A stretch of DNA of 63,342 bases, counting the filler, from Sphacelaria rigidula (Eukaryota), in assembly GCA_964200075.2 (NCBI GenBank). It is 5 parts of 5 records of this genome, joined end to end, with 100 filler letters (N's around TTAATTAATTAA, not from the genome) between each part and the next. Parts side by side here need not be neighbours in the genome. Positions count along the whole stretch, not along the records: positions 38,067 to 50,654 come from CAXNAA020003597.1; 4 more parts are not named here. The stretch is one strand, 5' to 3'. A program made the position numbers and the translations under genes. The notes beneath the pieces were generated by a model. The model saw nothing but the letters and a program-made list of their open reading frames with translations, did no database searches and was not told the origin of the DNA. Shown one piece after another: positions 38,067 to 50,754 of the stretch (positions within the stretch are counted from its first letter, which is position 1; every line of letters starts with the position of its first letter).

Positions 38067-39700
38067 ACGAAGATTTTAATCCTCCGAGTTCTCATCCTCA
38101 ATCAAAAGCACCATCCTCAACATAGATGATTGGCTGTTATGAGCTGTCCAAGCGAGATGCTGGCAAGGTTATTGTTCGTGCGGCTTTCGCCTTGGTCAAG
38201 ATGTGAAAGTGCACAACAATGAAGGAGAAGCGCCAGATCAGCCCAGGCTTGTCCCGGATACCGTAATATGTTTGTGCACGAGTACATGCTGGAGAGATTA
38301 GACATTGTACATTTCAGTCCGGGTCAATCATGATGGTCGACAGTGATGCGTTGTGAAGCAGAGTTACAGCGTCGTGACCGATGCCAGCCTCGGCGGAGAC
38401 GTGGGGTGATTTGGAGAGGGGAAGTAGTGGCAAGCTACGAACAGCGGACCCACGAGGTAAGGATCGTGCGCCGCGGTGGCCGCGGTGTATATCGCCCTGG
38501 CAGACTCCCGTGGAATACGGTAACTCTGTCGACGGCTGCAACCAAAACAACTGCAGGTGGCGTGTGTAGGGGAACACCGGCGGCAGATGATTCCCGAACC
38601 TCGATGATTCCTGCACCAAATGACTGACGGTCGACACACAACTAGTCGGTACGGCGCATAGACGCTTGGAGAGCGCTGAGGTGGTCGACGGAGGTAACCG
38701 TCGAGTATTCTCTTCGCTAAATACGCAGGTCATTGGACGAGCCTTCGTTGCCATTCGACTGTCGTTGCCCGGCTGTCTTTCCGGATTCGCTGTGCAGCAA
38801 TCTCTCAAAGATGTTGCCGCGAAAGCCGCACCCAGAGAAATGGCTGGTTCGAGTAGGCAAAGTCTGCATGTAAACCAAAAGGGCGAAAGCTAAGCACCCC
38901 GAGCAGCTGGAAACTGCCATGCTGGGGATCGTTGTCGTCAATGTCGCGCGTATGAAGCGAAACATGCAGTCTGAAAGCAGCTATTATTCACTGTGTGACC
39001 ATTCTCTTCGTGACAGAGTGGGGCTGGTTTAGGGGGGAGATTATCACGGCATCGCTCCGAGCAAGAAGCTCTACGATCTTTGCTTTTTAAATTGCACTTT
39101 ATTGCTGTGGTCTTCGGCGATCAAGCGGAAAGCATTGGTATCTGCTCCCCGCTCAAGAAAATGGACACGTGAAGCGATATCCAGGGCGTTGTGCTCATCC
39201 TACCTGATGCATTGCTCCTGGTCGAAGCGCGAACCCGCCATGAACGGCAAAGAGCATGTTCGGGCAGTGGGAGACGTTTAGGAGCCGGCAGATGTCCCGC
39301 GGGGGCGGCGCAGTAGTGGCGGGTGCCAGTGGTGGGTCAGTCGAGCGATGGGTAACTGCGCCGGGGACCTCATCTTCTCGCATCAGTATTTGCGGCTGTT
39401 CGGCAGCGCCAGCGCCAGCGGCCGTGGATGAAGTCGTCACCAGAGCAGTGCTTACGCGAGCGGAAGTGCCGAGAGAAGCACGGTCGATCGCGGTGCGTAC
39501 TCCCGCGGTTGACACTGGGGGCGGTGTGGCTGCTGAGGTCGTGGCCGAAGTCGAGGGGGCGGGTATGAATGGCGTGGAAGTCAAAGACGTGGAAAAGCCA
39601 TTATACGCGCTGGTGTTCAGTATCTCTCAAGTCGGCGGCGGAATTTCGCCTTAGGGCGGAGGTTTGCCTGGCCATCAGGGCGGAATGATGATCGGGGGTA
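38067..39700 (-). mobile_element. Probable 5' relic of a Gypsy element related to the scaffold B element
   Basis: NILRYPGQAWADLALLLHCCALSHLDQGESRTNNNLASISLGQLITA (38117-38305) aligns by eye with NPLQSSRAAWSAVHHRVLVDLGLYLDQGAQVPVADPHSLTLAQFVAH (15682-); upstream S/T/A/P-rich ORF 39195-39584. Confidence 0.55.
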
Positions 39701-42700
39701 AAACCCTGGTGGATTCAGTAGAACTAAAGTCATTAGACCTCTGGTCGTGAGATGTACCTATCGAGGATGCAGGGGTCGGCGACAAACGCGGATATATGTG
39801 CATATATCTCACGTATTGGCGTGTAGCATTTCGCGAGCGGTCTCGTGGCGCGCGTAAGTGAAACTCTTGAACGCGTATTCTGGATGGAAGATACACTGAG
39901 AAATGCGTTCGTTGCAAGAACGAGAAACAATTACATGAGTGGCATTATCGTCGTGGGCTACCGATGTACTGTAATGCGTGGGAGGACCGCGTGTATTGTG
40001 GACCTCATCGGAGTTAAAACATCTCTATAGTTAGTGTTAGGGTCACGGTCAGGGTTAGTGTTGGGATTAAGGTCAGGGGTGTGATCCCTTCAAGGACTGA
40101 CCAGAGTGGTTTTTAAAAACGTCGATCCCAAGGTGTTTCAAACCACGATGCGATCCCCGAAGCACGCGGTTCTCTCACGCACTACACCAATCGCCCCTAC
40201 ACAACCGTGTTCGCCTTATTACTAATTTACATTCACGTGTTTGGCATTTGGTTTAAGTAGACGGCAGTACTGTACAGAACGTAGACAGTAAACGACACAA
40301 ACTGTCCTTTTCGTGTACGATTTGTTTCAGATATTGTGCCGTACTGTAGTTCACAGGCCTTTTTTTACCTCTACCCAAGGGTCTGTCAAAAATATATTTC
40401 GGGACACGTAGACCCCAAGATCGGAAAATCGAGTTTTTGAGGGGGGGGGGGGGGGAACCCAGCCTGCTGTCCCCTTGTATATTGCCGAGGCGTTGGCGGA
40501 TGCGGTCAGCTGCCATGTACAGAAATCCTTGGCATGGACATCGCTGAGATGACGGACACTCCGCCCCTCCAAGCCCATCACCTACCATGATTACATTTAT
40601 GGGATCATGTTTCGTGTCGTGTGCCTCGACTACCTACCACTAGTAGTCCAGAAAAAGTTGGCAAGGCGTGAGGTCATGTTGCTACTTTGGGTACAGGTTG
40701 TCGTTACCGTGCGCTCGCGTGTATGGCACATATATGTGTGCGAGCACTGTCGGCATCCGAGGTCATCGGGACAGGGCGGGCAAGGGGCAGAAGCAAATAT
40801 ACAGACCTCACAAGCCCGCCAGAAATTTCGGGTTTTTGTCATGGTTGATCAATTTCTTCCAATAATTTTAGTAAAAACAAATATATATATATATATCATT
40901 TTGTTTTTAAAAAATCGTGACAATGTTTTCGAAGCTGCCGTCCGAGAGGGGGGGGGGAGGGCGTCCGTGTCCGAACACTTTCTCTCGACAGATCCTTGCT
41001 CTACCCAACCCTGGAGGACACGTCACATTTCTGAGGCCCTCTTCCTAGGCAGCAGACCGTCCTCTCAGATCTTAGTCTGCATATAGCATCATTGTTCAAT
41101 CGACGTCCATTGATATCGCACTTTTTGAGCATCGTGACGATTGCGTTCGCACAGCATAGTTGCTGTACTACACCGTACGCCTACGGCATCTATTACAGTG
41201 TATTGTCCGATTTTGTAGCTACTGCCAACATCATGTCGAGCTCCATTCAGTTCGCAGAGACAAGGGGTGCATGCTACACTAGTGTTCATTGCAGTATCGC
41301 TCTTCGAAATCATATGTAATTACAGTACTTTGCACCTGTTTCTCGTGGAATTAGCCCTCCACCCCTGTCGTAGGTAATAGGTACTTTCCGCTACCGCCCT
41401 ACGGCTTGTACTGTTGTTGATGGTGTTGAACAATCCGACACTACTATGGACAATCGAGACCTCATCTCTCCGGTTGCTGCCATGAAGACATTACCCATCT
41501 TGTCCCAGCACGGTTGGAATATTATCGCTGAGTGCACTTTGTTTCGGTGCTCAGTCAGTACTTCAGAAAAGATTCCGCCAGAATAGCATTCCGTAATATG
41601 TCGCAATACAGTGACACCGCTTCTTTTCGTATTTTATACAGCTAAACGTCGGGCGACACACGACCTTTGGCTCAAGATAGCGCCTCACCTTCGACACTTC
41701 GACGTCTGTTCTCAAGCGCTGAGCTCTCGGGTTGAGTTTTGCACGGTGACTTGTAACGACAACTTCCCGTTGCCGCGGACGAGACCAGTGTTGTGTCCCT
41801 GGCCGAGGCCTCGCTCCTTGATGCATTAGCCAGATCTGGGCTGTCACGTTTCGCTCTGCTTTCCACGTGGTACACCGTTCTACGACGGTCAGCACACCCC
41901 CTGACGCATCCGCCAGTTTGAGCCGTCTTGCTACTGGTATCAAGGATGGTCTCACAGCAGTTTCCCCAACTACGGCACCCCGCCCTACGGCACATGTCAT
42001 GCAGAAGAGTCTTTATACACGCATTGTACTTGGGACGACAGCGGTAGCTCACGTAGTAGCTTCGACCTCAGCACCCTGGTCTCCACGGCATGTTCGTCCA
42101 ACGCGCACCGTTCCTCTAGCCAGTGATGGTACATTGGCAATGCCCCCTGCCTTAGCCTCGGAAAATATATTTTGCTCCCCATACCCGGTTGTGCATGGTG
42201 ACTCAGCTACAAGAACCTTCGGTCATGCACTGGTGTTCATGCCACGGTACATGAACCGAATCACTCCGCTCATGCGCAATTCGATAACCCCGCTGGACAT
42301 ACACAGTCACCACTCGCTCATGCTGCGCACCGGAATGCGATACCGTGCTTCCACAACGACTGTGATTAGAGACATGATGACATCCGTCCTTCTCCCACGG
42401 CGCCCGAATGTTGGGTGTCCGCCCCTGGGCGAGGCAACACTGTACTGAGCGGCATGACCGCGTTCGTTTTGGATCGCATCGCAATATCAACACCCTATGA
42501 TCGACGTTTTTCAAGACCGCTCAGACCAGTCCCTGCAGGCGCCGCGCCCCTGACTGTAACCCCAACACTAACCCCAACCCCAACCCTAACCATAGGTGTG
42601 TTTAATCTCCGATGCGGTCTCCTAAGCACGCGGTCCCCTCACGCATCACACTGGGAAAAGAGCGAATCAGCCTAGAATATTCATGAAACCACATGGTGAA

Positions 42701-44319
42701 TAAATGTCCAGGGACGGAGTCCCTGCTGTGAGGCGACTATCAGTCTAAGATACCAGTATTCTCTCCGCGGCCCACGCGGAAAGGTAGCGGGTATACGCCG
42801 TTCGATCAGCGTCGGTATACGCCGTTCGACCGGCTGGGCCAGACCCCGTGCTCCGATGAAAGAAGCAACGCAAAGCTTGGAGCGGATATACTGCATCTCC
42901 AGCTTACTGAATTCACCCGGTAGCATGGCGGCCGCTGCTGCTGGCATTAGCGCCAGCGCTCGCGTCCTCGAAAAGACACAAGCAGCCGTACTAAGATGGG
43001 GATATACCGATACGCGAGCATCACGATGACCCCCTGTGGTGGCAATGTGCCACTCACAGTCTGCTTGTCTGTTTGCAGCTTCGTTTATCTGCTGCTGCTC
43101 TTTCCGTCCCGGCGTGACTACAGTATGTACTCTACAGGTGTGACTCAAGTTTCGAGCCAATAACAAGCATTCTTCACTTCATAACTCACTACGAGGGTCG
43201 CATTTCTTTGGCGTTAGATTCCGCTGATTTCTCACTGACAGGTCTCTGATTGATTGAAAAACACATTTCACTACAAACATCTATCCCCATGCATAGGCGT
43301 TATTCCGACAGTTATCGTTCTACTCATCAATCTAAGATTTTAGAAAATACCGATCAACAGTCCTGAAAAAGAAATGCAGCACCCGCGTTTCAACCTCATG
43401 ATACCGTGATTCTTCAATTTGTGTCGGGTAACCTCGCGCTTTCGCTATATCAAGCGAGACATTTCGTCTCAGATTCCGAGTATTGAGGACTCCGTAATAC
43501 TGTATAACCCGTAACTGGTCTGACTTCAGCACATAATAGAACTAACTCTCACGCACCTGAATCTGGACGTGGTCAATCATCTCTGAGCCGAACGGGAAAT
43601 ATGAACGTCTTGCGCAAAGTAACTCCCAAGCGGACACGCGAAATACATCTCACGTGCTGAATCCAGCGTGTTACACCGCCGGTCATACGAAGAACGTTTC
43701 ACGCGTCTTACTGCCGGCTCCGTCATGTTGAAACATGACTCCGAGGATGATGAGGCATAACGTTCCTACAGGTCGTCGCAATCTTCAAACAGCGCAGAAT
43801 CGTTACGTGACTGTCTCAAAGTTGAGCACAGTTCTTATATGGCTATCTTTTAACTGGTCAAGGATTGTGCGCACGATACAACATGGTCGGTGACGCCTGT
43901 GATGTCAATAGCCTTCTCAACGTTTCGTTAACAGTTTCAAGCCGCTTGCCTGTAATGGGAGTTTCTGATCTGCGAGTTCATGTACTGTACTCTCCCGGGG
44001 CAAGATGGACCTTACACAATCTTTGATCGGCCGTCGTTTTCTGGGCAGGCTATCGTGGGTGGATCGACTGTGTTGTGGCGAACCGGAGACCTTCGATCAA
44101 ACATCATCGGAACCAACCTGCACGAAGAGCTCCCCGGAAACGTTGTCGATGGATGAACTCATCGGAGTGTGTGTCGCCGGCGCTGTCATCCTGCTAGCGG
44201 TGCTGCTTGCGTGCGCGCGCCGAAGACGTACGAAAACAGTTCACCACGAAGAACCACCTCATTTCCCGGCTACAATCCGTGATAGTACGATTCAATGACT
44301 CCGGCAAGGGATAAGTGTA

Positions 44320-44890
44320 CAAATGTGAAGTCCTGGTTTTGAGACAGGTGTGGGAGTTCATGCTGCCTGAAGTTGGAGATTCATACACCCTGATCGAGGA
44401 CAATCAGGGTGCTATTTCAATGGCACATAACCTCATATCGAACTCCAACTCCAAGCATATTGATGTAAGATATCATTTCATCAGGCGATGAGTGGGAACA
44501 GGGGATATTCCAAATATTCATATCAAATCTGAGTACCAGCATGCCGACGTTTTGACGAAGGCTTTACCGGCAAAATGCTTCGAATTCCACCGTGACTATG
44601 CCATAAGCATCTTGTGATTTTCGTGCTGATAAACATACGATCGTCTTGGTTGAGTTTTGGGAAAACACGTCGCGAGTTTTGATACTTGATGCTAACGAAA
44701 ATGGTGAGAAGATATGGGGTCAGGGGGGCATAAAATTCAGGGGGTCATTTATCTTGATGATTTTGTTTTTCCCTTGGTGAGTCTTCCGTGTATCATGGCA
44801 TTTGTGCTTTTGAGTTTGTCTGATCTCATGGGATGGACCTAAGATTGTATTGTGTAATATGAGGAAGGTTAAGCCTCGACAAAGGGGGTT
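44320..44890 (+). mobile_element. Ty1/Copia 3' fragment (RNase H end, 3' UTR, PPT-like tract)
   Basis: EVLVLRQVWEFMLPE...EDNQGAISMAHNLISNSNSKHIDVRYHFIR*...SEYQHADVLTKAL; AAAGGGGG at ~44881. Confidence 0.85.
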
Positions 44891-44919
44891 GATTGAATAT
44901 TGCCGAGCTAAACACTAGC

Positions 44920-47900
44920 TCGTCACCGTGCCCGGCGTCGCCAACCACCGCTGACCACAGCTATCGGACCACGGGCAAAGGGTTGATCCTCAGACCGCAA
45001 TGCGGGTAGTCGGTCTTGATCACGGATACCTTTTCGTGTGAAATTGATGCCGATTCAGAAAATGGTATACCCCCGCCGACAACGGGTAACCCGTCCGACT
45101 GCGGGGGTCGTTCATCCGAATCAAGCATCGTCCTTCAGGTGGAATCGATGCCGCCTCAACAATTTACCTACTCTCGCCGTCTAGGGGTGAACCGTTTGAC
45201 CGCGGCGGTAGGTCATCACGGGCCATATATAGCCATACACAGCGGTACAGCAGGCACGCGGCTGGAATGATACGCAGGAACAATCGTCGTCAACGTGCCA
45301 AGCACCGTCACCGTCCACGACCATCAGACCTGAGTCAAATGGGTCACCGCTAGACCGCGATGCGGGTAATCCATCTGGATCACGCATACCTTTCTACTTG
45401 AAATTGACGACGATTTAGAGGGAAACCACCCTGGCGGACAAAGCGTAGCCCGTCCGACTGCGTGGATCGTCCATCCGAATCATGCATCCGGTGGAATCGA
45501 TGCCGACTCAACAGATGACCTACTCTCGCCGTCTAGGCATCAACTGTTTGACCGTGGCGATCACGGACCAGATACAGCAATACACATCGGTACAGCAGGC
45601 ACGCGACTGGACTGATACGCAGAAACAACCGTCGTCAACGTGCCCAGCACCGCCCGCCGTCAGCAACAACGACCATCTGACTTCGGTCAAATGGGTCAAC
45701 CCTAGACCGCTATGTGGGTAATCCGTCTGGATCACGCATACCTTTCTGTTTGAAATGGATGCCGATCTAGCAGTACACCACCCTGGCGGACAAAGCGTAG
45801 TACGTCCGACTGCGTGGATCAATCATCCGAGTCATGCATCGTCCTCCTGGTCGAATCGATGCCGACTCAACAGATGACCTACTCTCGCCGTCTAGGGGTG
45901 AACTGGTTGACCGCGGCGGTAGGTCATCGCAGGCCATGTACAGCCATACACAGCGGTACAGCAGGCACGCGACTGGAATGATACGCAGACACAATCGTCG
46001 TCAACGTGCCCAACACCGCCCACCGTCACCGACCACGATCTATTGACCTCGAGGAAATGGGTCACCATTAGACCGCGATGCGGGTAATCCATCTGGATCA
46101 CATATACCTCTCTGTTTGAAATTGATGCCATCTAGCGGTGAACCACCCTGGCGGACATAGCGTAGCCCGTCCGACTGCGTGGGTCGTTTATCCGAATCAA
46201 GCATCGTCCTCCAGGTGGAATCGATGCCGACTCAACAGATGACCTACTCTCCCCGTCTAGGGGCGAACCGTTTGACCGTGGCGATCACGGACCAGATACA
46301 GCCATACACAGCGGTACAGCAGGCACGCGACTGGAATGATACGCAGACACAATCGTCGTCAGCGTGCCCAGCACCGCCCGCCGTCACCGACCACGATCTG
46401 TTGACCTCGAGGAAATGGGTCACCGCTAGACCGCGCTGTGGGTAATCCATCTGGATCACGCATACCTCTCTGCTTGAAATGGATGCCGATCTAGTGGTAA
46501 ACCACCCTGGCGGGAAAAGCGTAGCCCGTTCGACTGCGTGGGTCGTTCATCCGAATCAAGCATCGTCCTCCTGGCGGAATCAATGCGGACTCAACAGATG
46601 ACGTACTCTCGCCGTCTAGGGGCGAACCGATTGGCCGCGGCGGTGGGTCATCACGGGCCATATACGGTAGTACACAGCGGTACAGCAGATAGATAAACGA
46701 AATTATGTGCAGAAGGAACCATTGCCAACTTGTCCAGCGTCGCTCACCGTCACCGACCACGACCATCTGACCTTGGTCAAATTGGTCACCGCTAGACCGC
46801 GACGCGGGTCGTCCATCTGGATCACGTATACCTCTCTGTTTGAAATTGATGCCGATTCAGCAGGTGACGTACCCCTGGCGGACAAAGCGTAGCCCGTCCG
46901 ACTGCGGGGGTCGTTCATCCGAATCCAGCATCGTCCTTCTGGTGGAATCGATGCCGACTCAACAGATGACCTACTTTCGCCGTCTAGGTGTGAATCGCTT
47001 GACCGCGGCGGTAGGTCATCACGGACCATGTACAGCCATACACAGCGAGACAGCAGGTAGATAAACGAAATGACGTGCAGAAGGAACCGTTGCCAACTTG
47101 CCCAGCGTCGCCCACCGTCACCGACCACGACCATCTGACTCCCGTCAAATGGGTCACCGCTAGACCGCGATGCGGTTGATCCGTCTGGATCACGCATACT
47201 TCTCTGTTCGATATTGATGCCGATCTAATGGTTAACCATCCTGGCGGACAAAGCGTAGCCCGTCCGACTGCGTGGGTCGTTCATCCGAATCCAGCATCGT
47301 CCTTCTTTTGGAGTCGATGCCGACTCAGCAGATGACCTACTCTCGCCGTCTAGAGGCGAACCGATTGGCCGCGGCGGTGGGTCATCACGGGCCATAACAG
47401 TAACACACAGCAGTACAGCAGGTAGGTAAACAAACTGATGTGCGGAAGGGATCATTGCCAACTTGCCCAGCGTCGCCCACCGTCACTGACCACGACCATC
47501 TGACCTCGGTCGAATGGGTCACCGCTGGACCGCGATGCGGGTTGTCCATCTGGATCACGCATACCTCTCGGTTTGAATTTGATGCCGATTCAGCAGGTGA
47601 CGTACCCTGGAGGACAATGCGTAGCCCGTCCGACTGCGTGGGTCGTTCATCCGAATCAAGCATCGTCCTTCACGTGGACTCGATGCCGACTCAACAGATG
47701 ACCTACTCTCGCTGTCCAGGGGTAAAGCGCTTGACCGCGGCGGTAGGTCATCACTGGCCATGTACAGCCATACACAGCGGTACAGCAGGTAGATAAACGC
47801 AATGATGTGCGGAAGGAACCATTTCCAACTCGCCTAGCGTCGCCCACCGTCACCGACCACGACCATCTGACCTCGGTCGGATGGGTCACCGCTGGACCGC

Positions 47901-50654
47901 GATGCGGGTAATCCATCTGCGTCACGCATACCTCTCTGTTTGAAATTGATGCCGATTCAGCCGGTGACGTATCCTGGCGGACAAAGCGTAGCCCGTCCGA
48001 CTGCGTGGGTCGTTCATCCGAATCAAGCATCGTCCTCCACGTGGACTCGATGCCGACTCAACAGATGACCTACTCTCGCCGTCTAGGTGTGCAGCGTTTG
48101 ACCGCGGCGGTAGGTCATCACGGGCCATGTACAGCCCTACACAGCGGTGCAGCAGGTAGGTGAACGAACTGATGTGCAGAAGGGATCATCGTGAACTTGC
48201 CCAGCGTCGCCCACCGTCACCGACCACGACCACCTGACCTAGGTCGAATGGGTCACCGCTAGACCGCGATACGGGTAATCCATCTGCATCACGCATACCT
48301 CTCTGTTTGAAATCGATGCCGATTCAGCCGGTGACGTATCCTGGCGGACAAAGCGTAGCCCGTCCGACTGCGTGGGTCGTTCACCCGAATCGAGCATCGT
48401 CTTTCACGTGGACTCGATGCCGACTCAACGGATGACCTACTCTCGCCGTCTAGGAGAAAACCGCTTGACCGCGGCGGTAGGTCATCACGAGCCATGTACA
48501 GCCCTACACAGCGGTGCAGCAGGTAGGTGAACGAAATGATGTGCAGAAGGGATCATCGTCAACTTGCCCAGCGACGCCCACCGTCACCGACCACGACCAT
48601 CTGACCTCGGTCGGATGGGTCACCGCTAGACCGCGGAGCGGGTTGTCTATCTGCATCACGCATACCTCTCTGTTTGAAATTGATGCCGATTCAGCCGGTG
48701 ACGTATCCTGGCGGACAAAGCGTTGCCCGTCCGACTGCGTGGGTCGTTCATCCGAATCGAGCATCATCCTTCACGTGGACTCGATGCCGACTCAACAGAT
48801 GACCTAGTCTCGCCGTCTAGGGGTAAACAGCCTGACCGCGGCGGTAGGTCATCACGAGCCATGTACAGCCCTACACAGCGGTGCAGCAGGTAGGTGAACG
48901 AACTGATGTGCAGAAGGAATCATCGTCAACTTGCCCAGCGTCGCCCACCGTCACCGACCACGACCATCGTACCTCGGTCGAATGGGTCACCGCTAGACCG
49001 CGATGCGGGTAATCCATCTGCATCACGCATACCTCTCGGTTTGAAATCGATGCCGATTCAGCCGGTGACGTATCCTGGCGGACAAAGCGTAGCCCGTCCG
49101 ACTGCGTGGGTCGTTCATCCTAATCAAGCATCGTCCCCCACGTGGACTCGATGCCGACTCAACAGATGACCTACTTTCGCCGTCTAGGAGAGAACCGCTT
49201 GACCGGGGCGGCAGGTTATCACGAGTCATGTACAGCCCTACTCAGCGGTGCAGCCGGTAGGTGAACGAAATGATGTGCAGAAGGGATCATCGTCAACTTG
49301 CCCAGCGTCGCCCACCGTCACCGACCACGACCATCTTACCTCGGTCGGATGGGTCACCGCTAGACCGCGGAGCGGGTAATTCATCTGCATCACGCATACC
49401 TAGCCCGTCCGACTGCGTGGGTCGTTTACCCGAATCAAGCATCGTCCTTCACGTGGACTCGATGCCGACTCAACAGATGACCTACTCTCGCCGTCTAGGA
49501 GAAGACCGCTTGACAGCGGCGGAAGTTCATCACGAGCCATGTACAGCCATACACAGCGGTCCAGCAGGTAGGTGAACGAAATGATGTGCAGAAGGGATCA
49601 TCGTCAACTTGCCCAGCGTCGCCCACCGTCACCGACCACGACCACCTGACCTCGGTCGGATGGGTCACCGCTGGACCGCGATGCGGGTAATCCATCTGCA
49701 TCACGCATACCTCTCGGTTTGAAATTGATGCCGATTCAGCCGGTCACGTATCCTGGCGGACAAAGCGTAGCCCGTCCGACTGCGTGCGTCGTACATCCGA
49801 ATCAACCATCGTCCTTCACGTGGACTCGATGCCGACTCAACAGATGACCTACTCTCGCCGTTTAGGAGAAGACCGCTTGACCGCGGCGGTAGGTTATCAC
49901 GAGCCATGTACAGCCCTACCGCCGGTGCAGCCGGTAGGTGAACGAAATGATGTGCAGAAGGGATCATCGTCAACTTGCCCAGCGTCGCCCACCGTCACCG
50001 ACCACGACGACCTGACCTTGGTCGAATGGGTCACCGCTAGACCGCGATACGGGTAATCCATCTGCATCACGCATACCTCTCCGTTTGAAATCGATGCCGA
50101 TTCAGCCGGTCACGTATCCTGGCGGACAAAGCGTAGCCCGTCCGACTGCGTGGGTCGTTCACCCGAATCGAGCATCGTCCTCCACGTGGACTCGATGCCG
50201 ACTCAACAGATGACCTACTCTCGCCGTCTAGGGGTAAACCGCTTGACCGCGGCGGTAGGTCATCACGGGCCATGTACAGCCCTACACAGCGGTGCAGCAG
50301 GTAGGTGAACGAAATGATGTGCAGAAGGGATCATCGTCAACTTGCCCAGCGTCGCCCACCGTCACCGACCACGACCACCTGACCTCGGTCGGATGGGTCA
50401 CCGCTGGACCGCGATGCGGGTAATCCATCTGCATCACGCATACCTCTCTGTTTGAAATTGATGCCGATTCAGCCGGTGACGTATCCTGGCGGACAAAGCG
50501 TAGCCCGTCCGACTGCGTGGGTCGTTCATCCGAATCAAGCATCGTCCTCCACGTGGACTCGATGCCGACTCAACAGATGACCTACTTTCGCCGTCTAGGA
50601 GAAAACCGCTTGACCGCGGCGGCAGGTTATCACGAGCCATGTACAGCCCTACCG
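44920..50654. repeat. Tandem satellite, ~367-nt unit, 16 copies, running off the scaffold end
   Basis: Period 367 (equivalent positions 47555, 47922, 48289; 50067, 50434); one unit has a ~56-nt deletion at ~49400; left units are shorter and more diverged. Confidence 0.97.
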
Positions 50655-50754
50655 NNNNNNNNNNNNNNNNNNNNNNNNNNNNNNNNNNNNNNNNNNNNTT
50701 AATTAATTAANNNNNNNNNNNNNNNNNNNNNNNNNNNNNNNNNNNNNNNNNNNN
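50655..50754. other. Artificial scaffold spacer
   Basis: N44 + TTAATTAATTAA + N44. Confidence 0.98.

Noticed and set aside
41563..43166. ORFs of 100-190 aa
   Set aside because: No recognisable motifs or splice-consistent structure; I cannot support a call.
50570..50635. Hammerhead ribozyme (retrozyme) in the satellite: minus-strand TGATGA...GAAA-like words
   Set aside because: The core reads GTGAT(G/A)A rather than CTGANGA, GAAA occurs in only a few units, and stem II cannot close next to the core.
44920..50654. CRISPR-like array or tandem protein-coding repeat
   Set aside because: Units are homologous along their whole length with no unique spacers, and there are no cas genes. 367 nt is not a multiple of 3 and all frames contain stops.
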